Assembly (NCBI GenBank): GCA_949287245.1
Contig: CASEFL010000002.1
Span: 80,975-144,974 of the forward strand
Origin: an uncultured Bacillota bacterium
GTDB taxonomy: Bacteria > Bacillota_I > Bacilli_A > RFN20 > CAG-826
DNA length: 64,000 bases
Direction of reading: 5' to 3'
In this document: in pieces, positions 10,202 to 20,463 of the stretch
How the letters are laid out: each line of letters starts with the position of its first letter
Numbering within the stretch: the stretch's first letter is position 1
Made by a program: the position numbers and the translations under genes
The notes under the pieces: model-generated
Databases searched by the model: none
What the model saw: only the letters and a program-made list of their open reading frames with translations
What the model was told of the DNA's origin: nothing

Positions 10202-10672
10202 ATGAAATATTCTCTTCTTCTTTCTTTAGGATTAGTTGGTGTTTTATTTTCTTGCACTTCTAATGTAAGAGGCGCTCTTTCTGGTGTCTATGTTTCCTCG
10301 AATGAATCCATTAATCCATTGACGGATAATTTTTCTTCCACGCTTACGATTTCTTCTATTGAAGAAGAAACTTTTCTTAAAAGTGAAGGGAAAAATACTT
10401 TAGAAAGCTTGAATGGGAATTTTTATCGTCTTGATCTTTATTTGACTAAAAAAGGTGATAATACTCGTTATACAAGCGATTTTTATGACCTTTCTTATAA
10501 CAGTGTTACCTCTTCTTATATTGGATCTTTTGTTTGCCCCGTTCTTTATTTAGAAATGACTCCGCGTTCGGTATCCCTTTATTTTGGTTTTGATGGTGCT
10601 CCTAAGGGTATTCTTTTGCGAGACGATTTTAAAGGGGAATTCTTATTTTGTTTTCTCCCTACAGAACAATAA
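10202..10672 (+). CDS. Small hypothetical lipoprotein
   Basis: Signal peptide with lipobox LFSC. Confidence 0.65.
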   Translation: MKYSLLLSLGLVGVLFSCTSNVRGALSGVYVSSNESINPLTDNFSSTLTISSIEEETFLKSEGKNTLESLNGNFYRLDLYLTKKGDNTRYTSDFYDLSYNSVTSSYIGSFVCPVLYLEMTPRSVSLYFGFDGAPKGILLRDDFKGEFLFCFLPTEQ

Positions 10673-10693
10673 TTTCTCTTCTTATCTTCTTTT

Positions 10694-10715
10694 GCAGGCT
10701 AGGCCTGCTTTTTTT
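10694..10715 (+). terminator. Rho-independent terminator
   Basis: gcagg-ctagg-cctgc followed by T7. Confidence 0.6.
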
Positions 10716-10765
10716 AAAAAAATTAAGAAAGAGAATGATAAAATAAACCTTTGTGGAGGTTATTT

Positions 10766-12367
10766 ATGGCGAAGAAGTTTTATATTACTACCCCAATTTA
10801 TTATCCTAGTGCATCCCCACACTTAGGGCATGCTTATTGTTCCGTTATGGCGGATATTCTTCGTCGTTCAAAAGCCTTACTCGGTTATGACACATATTTT
10901 TTAACCGGTTTAGATGAACACGGGGAGAAAATCGAAAAAAACGCTGAAGCAAAAGGAATCACTCCTCAACAATTTGTTGATGAAATAGCAACAAAATTTC
11001 TTAATTTATGGAAATTGCTTGGGATATCTAACGACGATTTTATTCGGACAACCGATAAAAGACACGTTGATACCATTCAAAAAGTTTTTACTCGTTATTT
11101 AAATAACGACGATGTTTATTTATCTCGCTATAAGGGGTGGTACTGCGTTCACGAAGAAACCTTTTGGACAGAAACTCAAGTCGGAAAAGAACACCTTTGT
11201 CCAGAATGTGGGAGAAGCGTGGAGGAAAAGGAAGAGGAAGCTTATTTCTTTTCTTGCCAAAAGTATTTACCTAGTCTATTAAAAATATTTGAAGAAAATC
11301 CTTCTTTTGTTACTCCTGTTGGCCGCAAACAAGAAATGATTAATAACTTTATTAAGCCAGGATTAAATGATCTATGTGTGACAAGAACAACTTTTTCTTG
11401 GGGGATTCCTGTAAAAGAAAATAAAAAGCATGTTGTTTATGTATGGTTAGATGCCTTGTTTAATTACATTACTGCTTTAGGGTATCTCCAAGAAGATGAT
11501 ACAAAGTTCCAAAAATATTGGATGGACGAAGAAAGTGAAATTGTTCATTTAGTTGGTGCGGATATTACTCGTTTTCACACGATATATTGGCCAATGTTCC
11601 TAGAGGCTTTAGGCTTAAGAAAACCAAGCCGCATTTTTGTTCATGGTTTAATGATGATGAAAGATGGAAAAATGAGCAAATCAAAAGGAAATGTTATCTA
11701 TGCTGAACCATTAGTGGAACATTATGGGCTTGATGCGGTTCGTTACTATTTAGCAAGTGAGATTATTTTTGGACAAGACGGACAATTTACTCCTGAACTT
11801 TTTATTGAACGATTAAATGCCGATTTAGCGAACAACTTAGGAAATCTTTTAAATCGTACTGTTTCGATGATTGGAAAATATTTTGATGGTATGGCTCCGA
11901 CTCATGAGAAAGACTTTGGTGAGGAAGATTTGGCAATAAATCAGAAAATCCAAGAAACCATTACAGAATATGAGAAAGACATTAATTCTTTAAAAGTCAC
12001 AGAAGCCTATCATGCAGTAATGGAACTTGTTTCTATGGGGAATAAATATATTGAGCAAAAAGCCCCATGGGCTTTAGCAAAAGACGCAAATAAGAAAGAT
12101 GAACTTGCCTCCACTATGGCACATCTAGTAGAAGTACTTCACGTTTCCTCTGTTCTCTTATCTCCAATTTTATTAGAAAAAAGCGCACAAATTGATGAAC
12201 AATTAGGTATTGGAGAAGATTATCGAAATTTCTCTTCTTTAAAGAAGAAACTTCCCTCCACTCTTGTCCATAAAGGGAATCCTTTATTTATGAGATTAGA
12301 GAATGAAAAAGAAGTGGAATGGTTAAAATCTTTAATGGCTATGCCAAAGGAAAAAGCGGCTGCTTAA
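10766..12367 (+). CDS. metG: Methionine--tRNA ligase (short form, no C-terminal tRNA-binding domain)
   Basis: FYITTPIYY, HLGH, YVWLDAL and KMSKSKGN motifs; SD ggagg before ATG 10766. Confidence 0.97.
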   Translation: MAKKFYITTPIYYPSASPHLGHAYCSVMADILRRSKALLGYDTYFLTGLDEHGEKIEKNAEAKGITPQQFVDEIATKFLNLWKLLGISNDDFIRTTDKRHVDTIQKVFTRYLNNDDVYLSRYKGWYCVHEETFWTETQVGKEHLCPECGRSVEEKEEEAYFFSCQKYLPSLLKIFEENPSFVTPVGRKQEMINNFIKPGLNDLCVTRTTFSWGIPVKENKKHVVYVWLDALFNYITALGYLQEDDTKFQKYWMDEESEIVHLVGADITRFHTIYWPMFLEALGLRKPSRIFVHGLMMMKDGKMSKSKGNVIYAEPLVEHYGLDAVRYYLASEIIFGQDGQFTPELFIERLNADLANNLGNLLNRTVSMIGKYFDGMAPTHEKDFGEEDLAINQKIQETITEYEKDINSLKVTEAYHAVMELVSMGNKYIEQKAPWALAKDANKKDELASTMAHLVEVLHVSSVLLSPILLEKSAQIDEQLGIGEDYRNFSSLKKKLPSTLVHKGNPLFMRLENEKEVEWLKSLMAMPKEKAAA

Positions 12368-12368
12368 T

Positions 12369-13769
12369 ATGCAAAAATTTCCATTCATTTTAAAAGGAAA
12401 ATGCATTGATTATCTCCAAACTGGTGAAGGAGTTGTTACTTTAGAAACAGGAGAAAAGGCTTTTGTTCCTTCCATTTTTCTCCATGAAGAAGGAGAAATT
12501 GAAATTATCTATAAAAGAAATGGGGTTTTGCGGGGAAAAATCAAAAAACTATATTCCTTGTCTCCAGAAAGAATAATCCCGCGTTGTAAAGTTCCTACGG
12601 CTTGTGGTGGTTGTTCTTATCAAGCTCTTTCTTATCAAGCACAAAAGAAAATTAAAGAAAACTTTGTTCGTAAGGCTTTAAAAGACGTTTTAGAAGAAGA
12701 TACCAAAGTCTACCCGTGTATGGGAATGGAACACCCATATTTTTATCGGAATAAGGGCGCTTTTCCTTTAGCTTATGATGCGATTCATCACAAAGTTGTT
12801 GCAGGATTTTACCGTCAAGGGACGCATCAAGTTGTCCCTATTGAAGAATGTTCTATTCAAGATAAGAGAATTTCGGATGCTTTAAAGGCATGTCTTTCTC
12901 TTATTAATGAATTTCATCTTTCTTGTTATGAGGAAGAGAAAGACAAAGGGTTTTTAAAACATCTTGTGTTTCGTTCTTCTTATCATCAAAAAGACTTTAT
13001 GGTTGTTTTTGTAGGAAAAAGTCAACGTTTTCCAAAAGAGAAAGAATTCATTCATTCTTTAAGAAAACGCGCACCATTTATTACAACCATTATTCTTAAT
13101 GTACTAAAAGAAAAAACGAATGTTATTTTAGGAAAAAAAGAAAAAATTCTTTTTGGGCCAGGATACATTGAAGACACTTTATGTGGTTGCCTTTTTCGTA
13201 TTTCCTCGCGTAGTTTTTATCAAGTAAATCCTTTTATGACGGAAAAACTTTATCAATACGCATTAAAGGAAGCATGTTTAGAGAAAGATGATACATTTCT
13301 TGATGCCTATTGCGGCATTGGCACGATTGGCCTTATTGCCGCTTCCTCTTGTAAAGAAGTAATTGGTATTGAAGTTGTAGAAGAAGCGATAAAAGACGCG
13401 AAAGCAAACGCCTTACGGAACAAGATTCGTAACTATTCTGCGATTTGTGGGGATTGTCCAAAAGTTTTAAATGAATACGCAAAAGAAGAAAAAAGAATCG
13501 ATGTTCTTTTAATGGATCCTCCAAGAAAAGGAAGCACGGAGGAATTTTTAAATTCGGCTTTACTTTTAAAACCAAGAAAGATTATTTATATCTCTTGTAA
13601 TCCGATAACCTTAGGAAGAGACGTGAAAATACTTCAAAAAGAATACCATTTAAGCAAGGTTCAGCCTTTTGATTTATTCCCAATGACCCCGCATGTTGAA
13701 ACGGTGTGCCTCTTGAGCAACCGAAAACCGGATACGAAAGTCAGAATTGATGCGGATCTGGAAGACTAA
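12369..13769 (+). CDS. rlmD: 23S rRNA m5U1939 methyltransferase RlmD/RumA; C-terminal tail supplied by the inserted element
   Basis: CGGC Fe-S motif, SFYQVN, DAYCGIGTIG, DPPRKG, YISCNP, DLFPMTPHVET. Confidence 0.95.
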   Translation: MQKFPFILKGKCIDYLQTGEGVVTLETGEKAFVPSIFLHEEGEIEIIYKRNGVLRGKIKKLYSLSPERIIPRCKVPTACGGCSYQALSYQAQKKIKENFVRKALKDVLEEDTKVYPCMGMEHPYFYRNKGAFPLAYDAIHHKVVAGFYRQGTHQVVPIEECSIQDKRISDALKACLSLINEFHLSCYEEEKDKGFLKHLVFRSSYHQKDFMVVFVGKSQRFPKEKEFIHSLRKRAPFITTIILNVLKEKTNVILGKKEKILFGPGYIEDTLCGCLFRISSRSFYQVNPFMTEKLYQYALKEACLEKDDTFLDAYCGIGTIGLIAASSCKEVIGIEVVEEAIKDAKANALRNKIRNYSAICGDCPKVLNEYAKEEKRIDVLLMDPPRKGSTEEFLNSALLLKPRKIIYISCNPITLGRDVKILQKEYHLSKVQPFDLFPMTPHVETVCLLSNRKPDTKVRIDADLED

Positions 13770-13992
13770 GATCATTAAGACTTATGGGGAGGCATTTACT
13801 TTCAGAGAAAAGTCGATTGTTGTCACGACCCCGCTGCATCAGATAAAAAAGATTGGGAATAAGGTTGGGAATAAAAAAGAATTAAGAAGGCAAAGAATTA
13901 TCAAGGAAAGAGAGAATCCGAATATTACTACCAGTGAACTGTATCAAATATTGGGAATCAGTGGAACAGCAATGGGAAACAAAAAAGCCTGA
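13747..13992 (+). pseudogene. Fragment of a C-terminal winged-HTH protein
   Basis: IGNKVGNKK...RENPNITTSELYQILGIS resembles the HTH tails of Fic/ATP-binding island proteins; no credible start. Confidence 0.45.
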
Positions 13993-14356
13993 AACATTCA
14001 GGGAAAAATATTGTTCCTTGGTGATATAAAAGGGACAGACAAGCTTATTCCTGTTATCGATGTGAAATTCGATGATTGCGTAGTGGAGTATGGATGGAGC
14101 GGTTTTGCAGACCTGTTATTAAGAAGTACGCTTCGGAGTTAGACGTCGAGACCATGTCCGATCCGGTGGTTCCGCTTGAGGATCAGGACGGTGTGGCAGC
14201 AGATAAAAAAGAATCTGATTACAAGCCAAAAGCGTGCGTAGGCAAAATTGCTACATGGTACAATAGATGTGATATAAGAGATCGAACAAGAGAGCGGCGG
14301 CCATTCCCTTCGCTCTCTTGAAACATAGAAATGTAATCAGATAGGAGCGTGAACAA

Positions 14357-15409
14357 ATGGCTGAAGACAAGAACAGACCGGACCAGAGTCAGGGCGAGAT
14401 TTTAATTTATCAGGCCGAAGATGGATTTACAAAGGTAGAATGCCGGTTTGTCGACGAGACCATTTGGCTGACGCAGCAGCAGATGGCGGAATTGTTCCGC
14501 ACGTCCAGAAGCAACATTGTGGAGCATATTGGTCACATCTATGAAGAAGGCGAACTGGATGAGGTTTCAACCTGTCGGAATTTCCGACATGTTCGAATGG
14601 AGGGCAACCGGCAAGTAACTAGGGAGTTGCCTTTCTATAATCTAGATATGATTATTTCTTTGGGGTACAGGGTAAAATCCCTGATTGCCACCCAGTTTCG
14701 CCGGTGGGCCACGGAACGCCTAAAAGAGTATATGATCAAGGGCTTTACGATGGACGATGAGCGCCTGAAAAATTTGGGTGGTGGCAACTATTGGCGCGAA
14801 CTGCTGGAACGGATTCGGGACATTCGTTCTTCGGAAAAAGTGATGTATCGTCAGGTGTTGGACTTGTACGCTACTAGTGTGGACTATAACCCCAGAAGCG
14901 CGGAATCTGTTGCGTTTTTCAAAATGGTGCAGAACAAGCTTCATTATGCAGCGCATGGACATACGGCTGCGGAAGTGATTTATGAGCGGGCCGATGCAGA
15001 TAAGCCGTTTATGGGGCTTACCACTTTTTCGGGCGACTTCCCCACGGCAAAAGATATTGGGATTGCCAAGAATTATTTGACAGAGGAAGAACTTCGGGTT
15101 CTGAATCAGATGGTATCCGGTTATTTTGACTTTGCCGAGGTGCAGGCCATCCGTCACCGACCCATGTATATGAGCGATCATGTGGAGCAGCTGGACAATA
15201 TTCTTCGGGCAACCGGCGAAGAAGTATTGGCCCATGCAGGAAAAATCAGTCATGCACAGGCGATGGAAAAAGCAAAAGCGGAATATAAACGCTATCAGGC
15301 ACAAACTCTTTCCCCTGTGGAGGAAGAATATCTAAAGACCATTAAGCAGTTGGGAAAAATGGCCAAGACAGAGGCGGAAAAGCAGGATGATTCTTCTGAC
15401 CCAAGTTAA
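14357..15409 (+). CDS. Virulence RhuM family protein
   Basis: GEILIYQ, ETIWLTQQQMAELF, YNLDMIISLGYRVKS, QFRRWAT, KGFTMDDERLK, RIRDIRSSEK, QNKLHYA motifs; SD aggag. Confidence 0.93.
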   Translation: MAEDKNRPDQSQGEILIYQAEDGFTKVECRFVDETIWLTQQQMAELFRTSRSNIVEHIGHIYEEGELDEVSTCRNFRHVRMEGNRQVTRELPFYNLDMIISLGYRVKSLIATQFRRWATERLKEYMIKGFTMDDERLKNLGGGNYWRELLERIRDIRSSEKVMYRQVLDLYATSVDYNPRSAESVAFFKMVQNKLHYAAHGHTAAEVIYERADADKPFMGLTTFSGDFPTAKDIGIAKNYLTEEELRVLNQMVSGYFDFAEVQAIRHRPMYMSDHVEQLDNILRATGEEVLAHAGKISHAQAMEKAKAEYKRYQAQTLSPVEEEYLKTIKQLGKMAKTEAEKQDDSSDPS

Positions 15410-15453
15410 GAACGACCAATCCGTTTTTTGATTGGCACCACATGAGGGAGATT

Positions 15454-15825
15454 ACGACGGAGAAAGAGAAGACAAAAGTTTATACCTACACCATGGTCTC
15501 CACCGCTATGCAGGTGGGCGGCTACTCGCTGGATGCGCAGAAGGTCAAAATGAAAGTGGATACTGCCGCTATTGACCAGGAGATTGCCAATTACGAGAAG
15601 CAGCTGCGCCAGCATTATTCCGTCAAGGCGGAGCGGCAGCAGTTGATCGGAGCGCTGATCTCTGAAATTCAGATTTACCTGGAGCGATAGCCCAATGGAC
15701 AGTGATTAAAATCCATCAAATTTAAGCTGCCCATCATCGGGGAAGACATGAGTATCGATTTGGACAACGAAGAACAAGTCGAAACGGTTGCCGTCTTGCA
15801 TTTAAGAAGTAGCAATGTGGAATAA
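15454..15825 (+). pseudogene. Collapsed large serine recombinase pseudogene
   Basis: KVYTYT(M)VSTAMQVGGYSLDAQK (catalytic RVS changed to MVS), then KVDTAAIDQEIANYEKQLRQ, then LISEIQIYLER*PNGQ*LKSIKFKLPII...LDNEEQVETV; two in-frame stops; ACG at the expected start after SD gagggag. Confidence 0.85.
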
Positions 15826-15826
15826 A

Positions 15827-16594
15827 TTATTTTTCTTTTTCTTTTAAAGTTTGTTTTTTCTTTAGGTATGCTGTGAGTTTTTTATCGATAAGGCGCGCAA
15901 GATAGAAAAGAAGAATTACCCAGAAGAGGACAATGGTAATGGCTTGAATCCATTCCCATGGGGTGGTGAATTCTTGATAAGGGATAAGGGATATTCCAAA
16001 GACGATTGTCGCGCATCCGACCCCACGACATAAAAGAATGATTAATGTGTGATACCAAAATTTAATTTTGCTCATGCCAGCTAAACAGCAAAGTAAGTCA
16101 TCCGGAAAAACAGGAAGAAGATACATCACAGGAAGGTACACAATTCCTTTTTCTTGTAAAAGAGCCATACCCTTATCGTAATCAGCTTTACTAAATAATT
16201 TTTGTAAAAGAAAAGATCCACCAAATCTTCCTAATAAATCCATAAGGAGGGAAGAAGCAATAACACCACTAAAGACAAGAAGAAAGCATTGCCATGTTGG
16301 GCCATATAACACGACTCCTAAAGCAATAAATGTTGCTGATCCTCCTGGAGCAAAGCAAAGAAGAACCGTTACTATGACCTGAATTAGGAAGAAGGTTAAA
16401 TATCCATACCATTCTGTTTTGATGTTTTCAAATAATGCAGAGTTAAAAACTAAGCCATTATCAAACTGAATCACTTTTGTAAGATAAAGAATTAAAAATA
16501 CCAAACAGGAAAGAAGTATACAGACAGCAAGAAAGAGAATAATTTTTCGCAGGCTATCTTGATATTGATTCCAAAATTCATGAAGACGTTTCAT
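15827..16594 (-). CDS. DedA/VTT (TVP38/TMEM64) family membrane protein
   Basis: Hydrophobic; LLPVFPDDLLCCLAG motif. Confidence 0.88.
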   Translation of the reverse strand: MKRLHEFWNQYQDSLRKIILFLAVCILLSCLVFLILYLTKVIQFDNGLVFNSALFENIKTEWYGYLTFFLIQVIVTVLLCFAPGGSATFIALGVVLYGPTWQCFLLVFSGVIASSLLMDLLGRFGGSFLLQKLFSKADYDKGMALLQEKGIVYLPVMYLLPVFPDDLLCCLAGMSKIKFWYHTLIILLCRGVGCATIVFGISLIPYQEFTTPWEWIQAITIVLFWVILLFYLARLIDKKLTAYLKKKQTLKEKEK

Positions 16595-16633
16595 GAATGT
16601 ATCTTATACGAAAATTAAGAAAGAAGAGAGAAT

Positions 16634-18112
16634 TTAGTTACTTTCTTGGGCAGAAACTTCCTCTTTAACTAACGAGTTTTTCTCTTTTTTCATCCCGAAA
16701 GTACCTTCTTTTTCTTGTTTATTAAATTTCTTCATGATGATAATCATTGCTGGAATTAACACCAAATCAGAACCTAACCAGGAGATTGGATTAGAGAAAG
16801 CCAAACCTAACCAACCCGCATATTGGGCTAGAACAAGAGAGAAAGTAATACGCAAAACAAGTTCAACAATGGAAACAATAACAGTAATTTCCGAACGCCC
16901 TAGTCCTTGGAATGAACTGCGGAAAACATATAACGTACTTAATAAAGCATAACAACCGAGTTGGACAGCCATATAAATGAATGTGGCGTCTCTTACTTCT
17001 TGAGGAGGATTTTCAATAAAAAGATAAAGAATATACGGCGTTAAAGGAATAATGAAAGCCGCCATGAGAAGGCAGACAGAAATAGACATCACCGTTCCTG
17101 TGATTAATCCCTTTTTGATTCTTGGTAAATCGGATGCACCGTAGTTTTGTCCACAATAAGTGGCCATCATCGTGCCAATAGCAAGAATAACGCAGTTAGA
17201 GAAACCATCAATTCTTCCTGCTGCACTATAAGCAGTCGTATACAATCCATTTACAATATCCGGGTTATTTGCCATTGCCTCCATATAGGCATTATTGATC
17301 ATATTTGCTCCCCGTTGTTGCATTAATAAGCCGATGCCAACAATCGAAAATTGAATGGCCATAGGAAGAGAAATACGAATGTGGAGGCCATAGATACTTT
17401 TTAAAGGTTTCCAATCTTCTTTTTTAATTCTAGTGTAAGGATAACGCCAAAACATCCATATAGCGCAGAAGATACAGGAAATCGCTTGCGAAAGAATAGT
17501 GGCCCAGGCTGCACCTGCTACACCCATATTGAAAGGCCCAACAAATAGATAGTCAGCACCAATATTAATTACACAGCCAAGAATTAACGCATAAAGAGGA
17601 GTTCTTGTATCGCCTAATGAGCGAAGCACATTAGAGAAGAGGTTATAGGCAATGGTAAAGACAATACCAAGAAAAATAGGGAATAAGTATTCCTTTGCGT
17701 ATTGATAAAATTGCCAATCTAAATCAGTTAGAGTTAGAAGAGGATCAATACAAAGGACACCAACAAGAGTCAAGATTAAGGAAACAATGAAAGAAAGAAT
17801 AAAAGAAGTAGCAAGAGAGCGGCGTAATCCTTGTTCGTCTTTTGCACCAAAATATTGAGCAGCACATACAGATAATCCACCAGTCAAGCCAGAAGCAAAG
17901 CCTAAAATCATAAAGCTTGAACTTCCTGTAGCCCCTACGGCCGTAAAGGCATCACTTCCCAAAATTTGTCCGACAATCATGGAGTCGACAACGTTATAGG
18001 CTTGTTGAAAAAGGTTTCCAATTAGAAGTGGGATAAGGAAAATGAACATTCCTTTTAGAATGCTTCCTTTTGTCATGTCGATGGTTTTGCTTCTTCTTTT
18101 TCCAATTTCCAT
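16634..18112 (-). CDS. MATE family efflux transporter
   Basis: DMTKG...PLLIGNLFQQAYNVVDSMIVG, LRSLGDTRTPL, GQNYGA; start placed at MEIGK (18112). Confidence 0.95.
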   Translation of the reverse strand: MEIGKRRSKTIDMTKGSILKGMFIFLIPLLIGNLFQQAYNVVDSMIVGQILGSDAFTAVGATGSSSFMILGFASGLTGGLSVCAAQYFGAKDEQGLRRSLATSFILSFIVSLILTLVGVLCIDPLLTLTDLDWQFYQYAKEYLFPIFLGIVFTIAYNLFSNVLRSLGDTRTPLYALILGCVINIGADYLFVGPFNMGVAGAAWATILSQAISCIFCAIWMFWRYPYTRIKKEDWKPLKSIYGLHIRISLPMAIQFSIVGIGLLMQQRGANMINNAYMEAMANNPDIVNGLYTTAYSAAGRIDGFSNCVILAIGTMMATYCGQNYGASDLPRIKKGLITGTVMSISVCLLMAAFIIPLTPYILYLFIENPPQEVRDATFIYMAVQLGCYALLSTLYVFRSSFQGLGRSEITVIVSIVELVLRITFSLVLAQYAGWLGLAFSNPISWLGSDLVLIPAMIIIMKKFNKQEKEGTFGMKKEKNSLVKEEVSAQESN

Positions 18113-18193
18113 AAAAGACCCCCGTGAAAATTGAATCCGCCAAAACATACTCTAAAAAAAGGAAAATGCGAGAGGGCTTTTTTTAAAACATAA

Positions 18194-18207
18194 TGAAAGC
18201 GGTTACT
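18194..18207. promoter_or_regulatory. cre/LacI-family operator-like site between divergent MATE and clpB
   Basis: TGAAAGCGGTTACT versus cre consensus TGWAANCGNTNWCA (last base differs). Confidence 0.45.
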
Positions 18208-18238
18208 CAAAAACAAAACTGAATTAAACCTTTACAAT

Positions 18239-18280
18239 CTAGCAAGCAACTATTGAAACTGCTAAAGTGTTTGCTACAAT
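18239..18280 (+). promoter_or_regulatory. clpB sigma-A promoter overlapped by a degenerate CIRCE (HrcA operator)
   Basis: cTAGCAagC-N9-aAcTGCTAA at 18239-18265; TTGAAA (18253-58), N16, TGcTACAAT (-10 at 18275-80). Confidence 0.6.
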
Positions 18281-18313
18281 ATTTTTGCCAATAGGCAGAA
18301 GGAGGTAATTACG

Positions 18314-20449
18314 ATGGATGGTATGCAAGATTATAGCCAAGATGAAAATATTTTAGAAAAGTTTGGACGCGATATTAACTCCTATGTAGAGCAAGGAAAA
18401 CTTGATCCTGTTATTGGAAGAGATGAAGAAATTCGAAAAGTTATCCAAGTTTTAGCAAGAAAATCAAAAAATAACGTCATTCTTCTTGGGGAACCCGGTG
18501 TAGGAAAAACTGCAATTGTTGAAGGCTTAGCAGAAAGAATTGTAAAAGATGATGTTCCTGCAACTTTAAAAGGAAAAAGAGTATATGAACTGGATATGGG
18601 CGCTCTTGTTGCCGGTGCTAAGTATCGAGGGGAGTTTGAAGAACGGTTAAAAGCGGTCTTGAACAAAATTAAAGAAAGTAATGGAAAGATTATTCTCTTT
18701 ATTGACGAGATTCATCTTATTGTTGGAGCAGGAAAGTCTGACGGTGCATTAGATGCGTCAAATATGCTTAAGCCTCTTTTGGCAAGAGGGGAAATCGATT
18801 GTATTGGAGCAACCACTTTAAAGGAATATCGAGAATATATTGAAAAAGACCGTGCTCTTGAGCGGCGTTTTCAACCTGTTATGGTAGGGGAACCAACCGT
18901 TGCGGACACCATTTCAATTTTAAGAGGATTAAAGGAACGCTTTGAAACGTATCATGGCGTTACGATTACGGATGGTGCGCTTGTTGCAGCAGCTACTTTA
19001 AGTAACCGTTATATCACTAACCGTTTTTTGCCAGATAAGGCTATCGATTTAGTCGATGAAGCTTGTGCGGGTATTAAGGTTGAAATTGAATCTATGCCTA
19101 CGGAGCTTGATGAAGTGAATCGTAAAATTCGTCAATTAGAAATTGAACGTTATGCTTTAGAAAAGGAAGATGACGAAGGAAGCAAAAAACGTTTAGAAGT
19201 TTTAAAAAACGAACTCGCTTCTCTCAATGCTCAATTTGATGCTTTAAATAAAGCATGGAAGAAAGAAAAAGAAGAACATGCGGAGGCAAAATCTTTAAAG
19301 GAAGAACTCGAAAAGAAGCGTCTTGCTTTACAAAATAGTTTTACCGCTGGGAATTATGAGGAAGCTTCAAAACTTCAATATCAAGTCATCCCAGATTTAG
19401 AGAAAAAACTACGTACTCTTCAAGAAAAGTCAAAAGCAGGAAAAATTTTATCGGAAGTTGTGGATGAAGAAGAAATTGCCAAGATTGTCGCTCGGATGAC
19501 CGGCATTCCTGTTTCACGTATTGAAAAAGGGGATCGAGAGAAGGTCTTAGAATTAAAAGACACTTTAAAGAAACGAGTTATTGGGCAAGATGAGGCCATC
19601 GAACTTGTTTCGAATGCAATTCTCCGCCAAAGAGCAGGCATTAAAAATCCCAATCGTCCTATTGGTTCCTTTCTGTTTCTTGGTCCAACTGGTGTAGGGA
19701 AAACTGAAGTTGCCAAATCTTTGGCAGAAGCTCTTTTTGATAATGAGAACGATATTATCCGCATAGATATGTCTGAATATATGGAAAGATATAGCGTTTC
19801 TCGTCTTATTGGTGCGCCCCCTGGATATGTTGGTTATGAAGAGGGTGGACAATTAACAGAAAAAGTACGAAGAAATCCTTATTCCATTGTTCTTTTTGAC
19901 GAAATTGAAAAAGCAAATCCTGAAGTATTTAATCTCTTACTTCAAGTCTTAGATGAAGGCCGTTTGACGGATAGCCAAGGCCGATTAGTTGATTTTAAGA
20001 ACACGGTTATCATTATGACTTCTAATATCGGCAGCGATTTGCTTCTAGAAGGGAAAGTGGGGCAAGTAGAAGAATTGCTTCATCGCACCTTTAAACCCGA
20101 ATTCTTAAATCGTATTGATGAGATTTGCTTCTTTCATCCTTTAGGAAAAGAAGTTCAAAAGAAGATTGTCGAGAAGATGCTACGTGAGTTGAAGAGTCGA
20201 TTAGAGGAACAATATTATTCCATCGGTTGGACACCTGCTGTTGTGGACTATATTCTTGATCAATCGTATTCGCCAGAATTTGGCGCGCGACCTATTAAGC
20301 GTTATATCCAAGATAAGGTGGAAACCCTTCTTGCGGAAAAAATAATTAAAGGTGAATTTTCTACAGAAAAGAAGTATCTCTTAGACTCTAAGAATAACGA
20401 GATTATTGTCATCCCTAGTAAGGAAAAAGAAGAAAGGCTACCCAAGTAA
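18314..20449 (+). CDS. clpB: ATP-dependent chaperone ClpB lacking the N-terminal Clp domain
   Basis: GEPGVGKT and GPTGVGKT Walker A motifs, coiled-coil middle domain, RIDMSEY, GARP; begins directly before [10 protein letters not shown] ggagg. Confidence 0.93.
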   Translation: MDGMQDYSQDENILEKFGRDINSYVEQGKLDPVIGRDEEIRKVIQVLARKSKNNVILLGEPGVGKTAIVEGLAERIVKDDVPATLKGKRVYELDMGALVAGAKYRGEFEERLKAVLNKIKESNGKIILFIDEIHLIVGAGKSDGALDASNMLKPLLARGEIDCIGATTLKEYREYIEKDRALERRFQPVMVGEPTVADTISILRGLKERFETYHGVTITDGALVAAATLSNRYITNRFLPDKAIDLVDEACAGIKVEIESMPTELDEVNRKIRQLEIERYALEKEDDEGSKKRLEVLKNELASLNAQFDALNKAWKKEKEEHAEAKSLKEELEKKRLALQNSFTAGNYEEASKLQYQVIPDLEKKLRTLQEKSKAGKILSEVVDEEEIAKIVARMTGIPVSRIEKGDREKVLELKDTLKKRVIGQDEAIELVSNAILRQRAGIKNPNRPIGSFLFLGPTGVGKTEVAKSLAEALFDNENDIIRIDMSEYMERYSVSRLIGAPPGYVGYEEGGQLTEKVRRNPYSIVLFDEIEKANPEVFNLLLQVLDEGRLTDSQGRLVDFKNTVIIMTSNIGSDLLLEGKVGQVEELLHRTFKPEFLNRIDEICFFHPLGKEVQKKIVEKMLRELKSRLEEQYYSIGWTPAVVDYILDQSYSPEFGARPIKRYIQDKVETLLAEKIIKGEFSTEKKYLLDSKNNEIIVIPSKEKEERLPK

Positions 20450-20463
20450 TGGGTAGTCTTTTT
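20433..20463 (+). terminator. Rho-independent terminator of clpB
   Basis: ggctaccca-agtaa-tgggtagtc followed by a T-run. Confidence 0.8.

Larger units (their letters stand above)
13698..15788. mobile_element. Decayed genomic island inserted in the rlmD 3' end (serine-recombinase type)
   Basis: Direct repeat core GAAACGGT at 13698-13705 and 15781-15788 (CAtGTtGAAACGGT..CcTCTTG vs CAaGTcGAAACGGT..CgTCTTG); visibly higher GC than the flanks; contains a recombinase remnant; displaced rlmD tail ETVAVLHLRSSNVE* ends at 15825. Confidence 0.88.

Noticed and set aside
10672..10766. T-box or S-box leader for metG
   Set aside because: The intergenic space is under 100 nt with no T-box or SAM-I consensus; the hairpin is a simple terminator.
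14076..14321. 81-aa ORF inside the island
   Set aside because: No SD; it overlaps another broken frame (...IPVIDVKFDDCVVEYGWSGFADLLL...), so it is probably debris of a decayed cargo gene I cannot identify.
15688..15705. Stop-codon recoding (TAG=Gln, TGA=Trp) suggested by in-frame stops in the recombinase frame
   Set aside because: TGA and TAG terminate many intact genes here (pcrA, gatA, rpmE) and Trp is TGG. Single transitions in a pseudogene that has also lost its catalytic Arg and start codon explain the stops.
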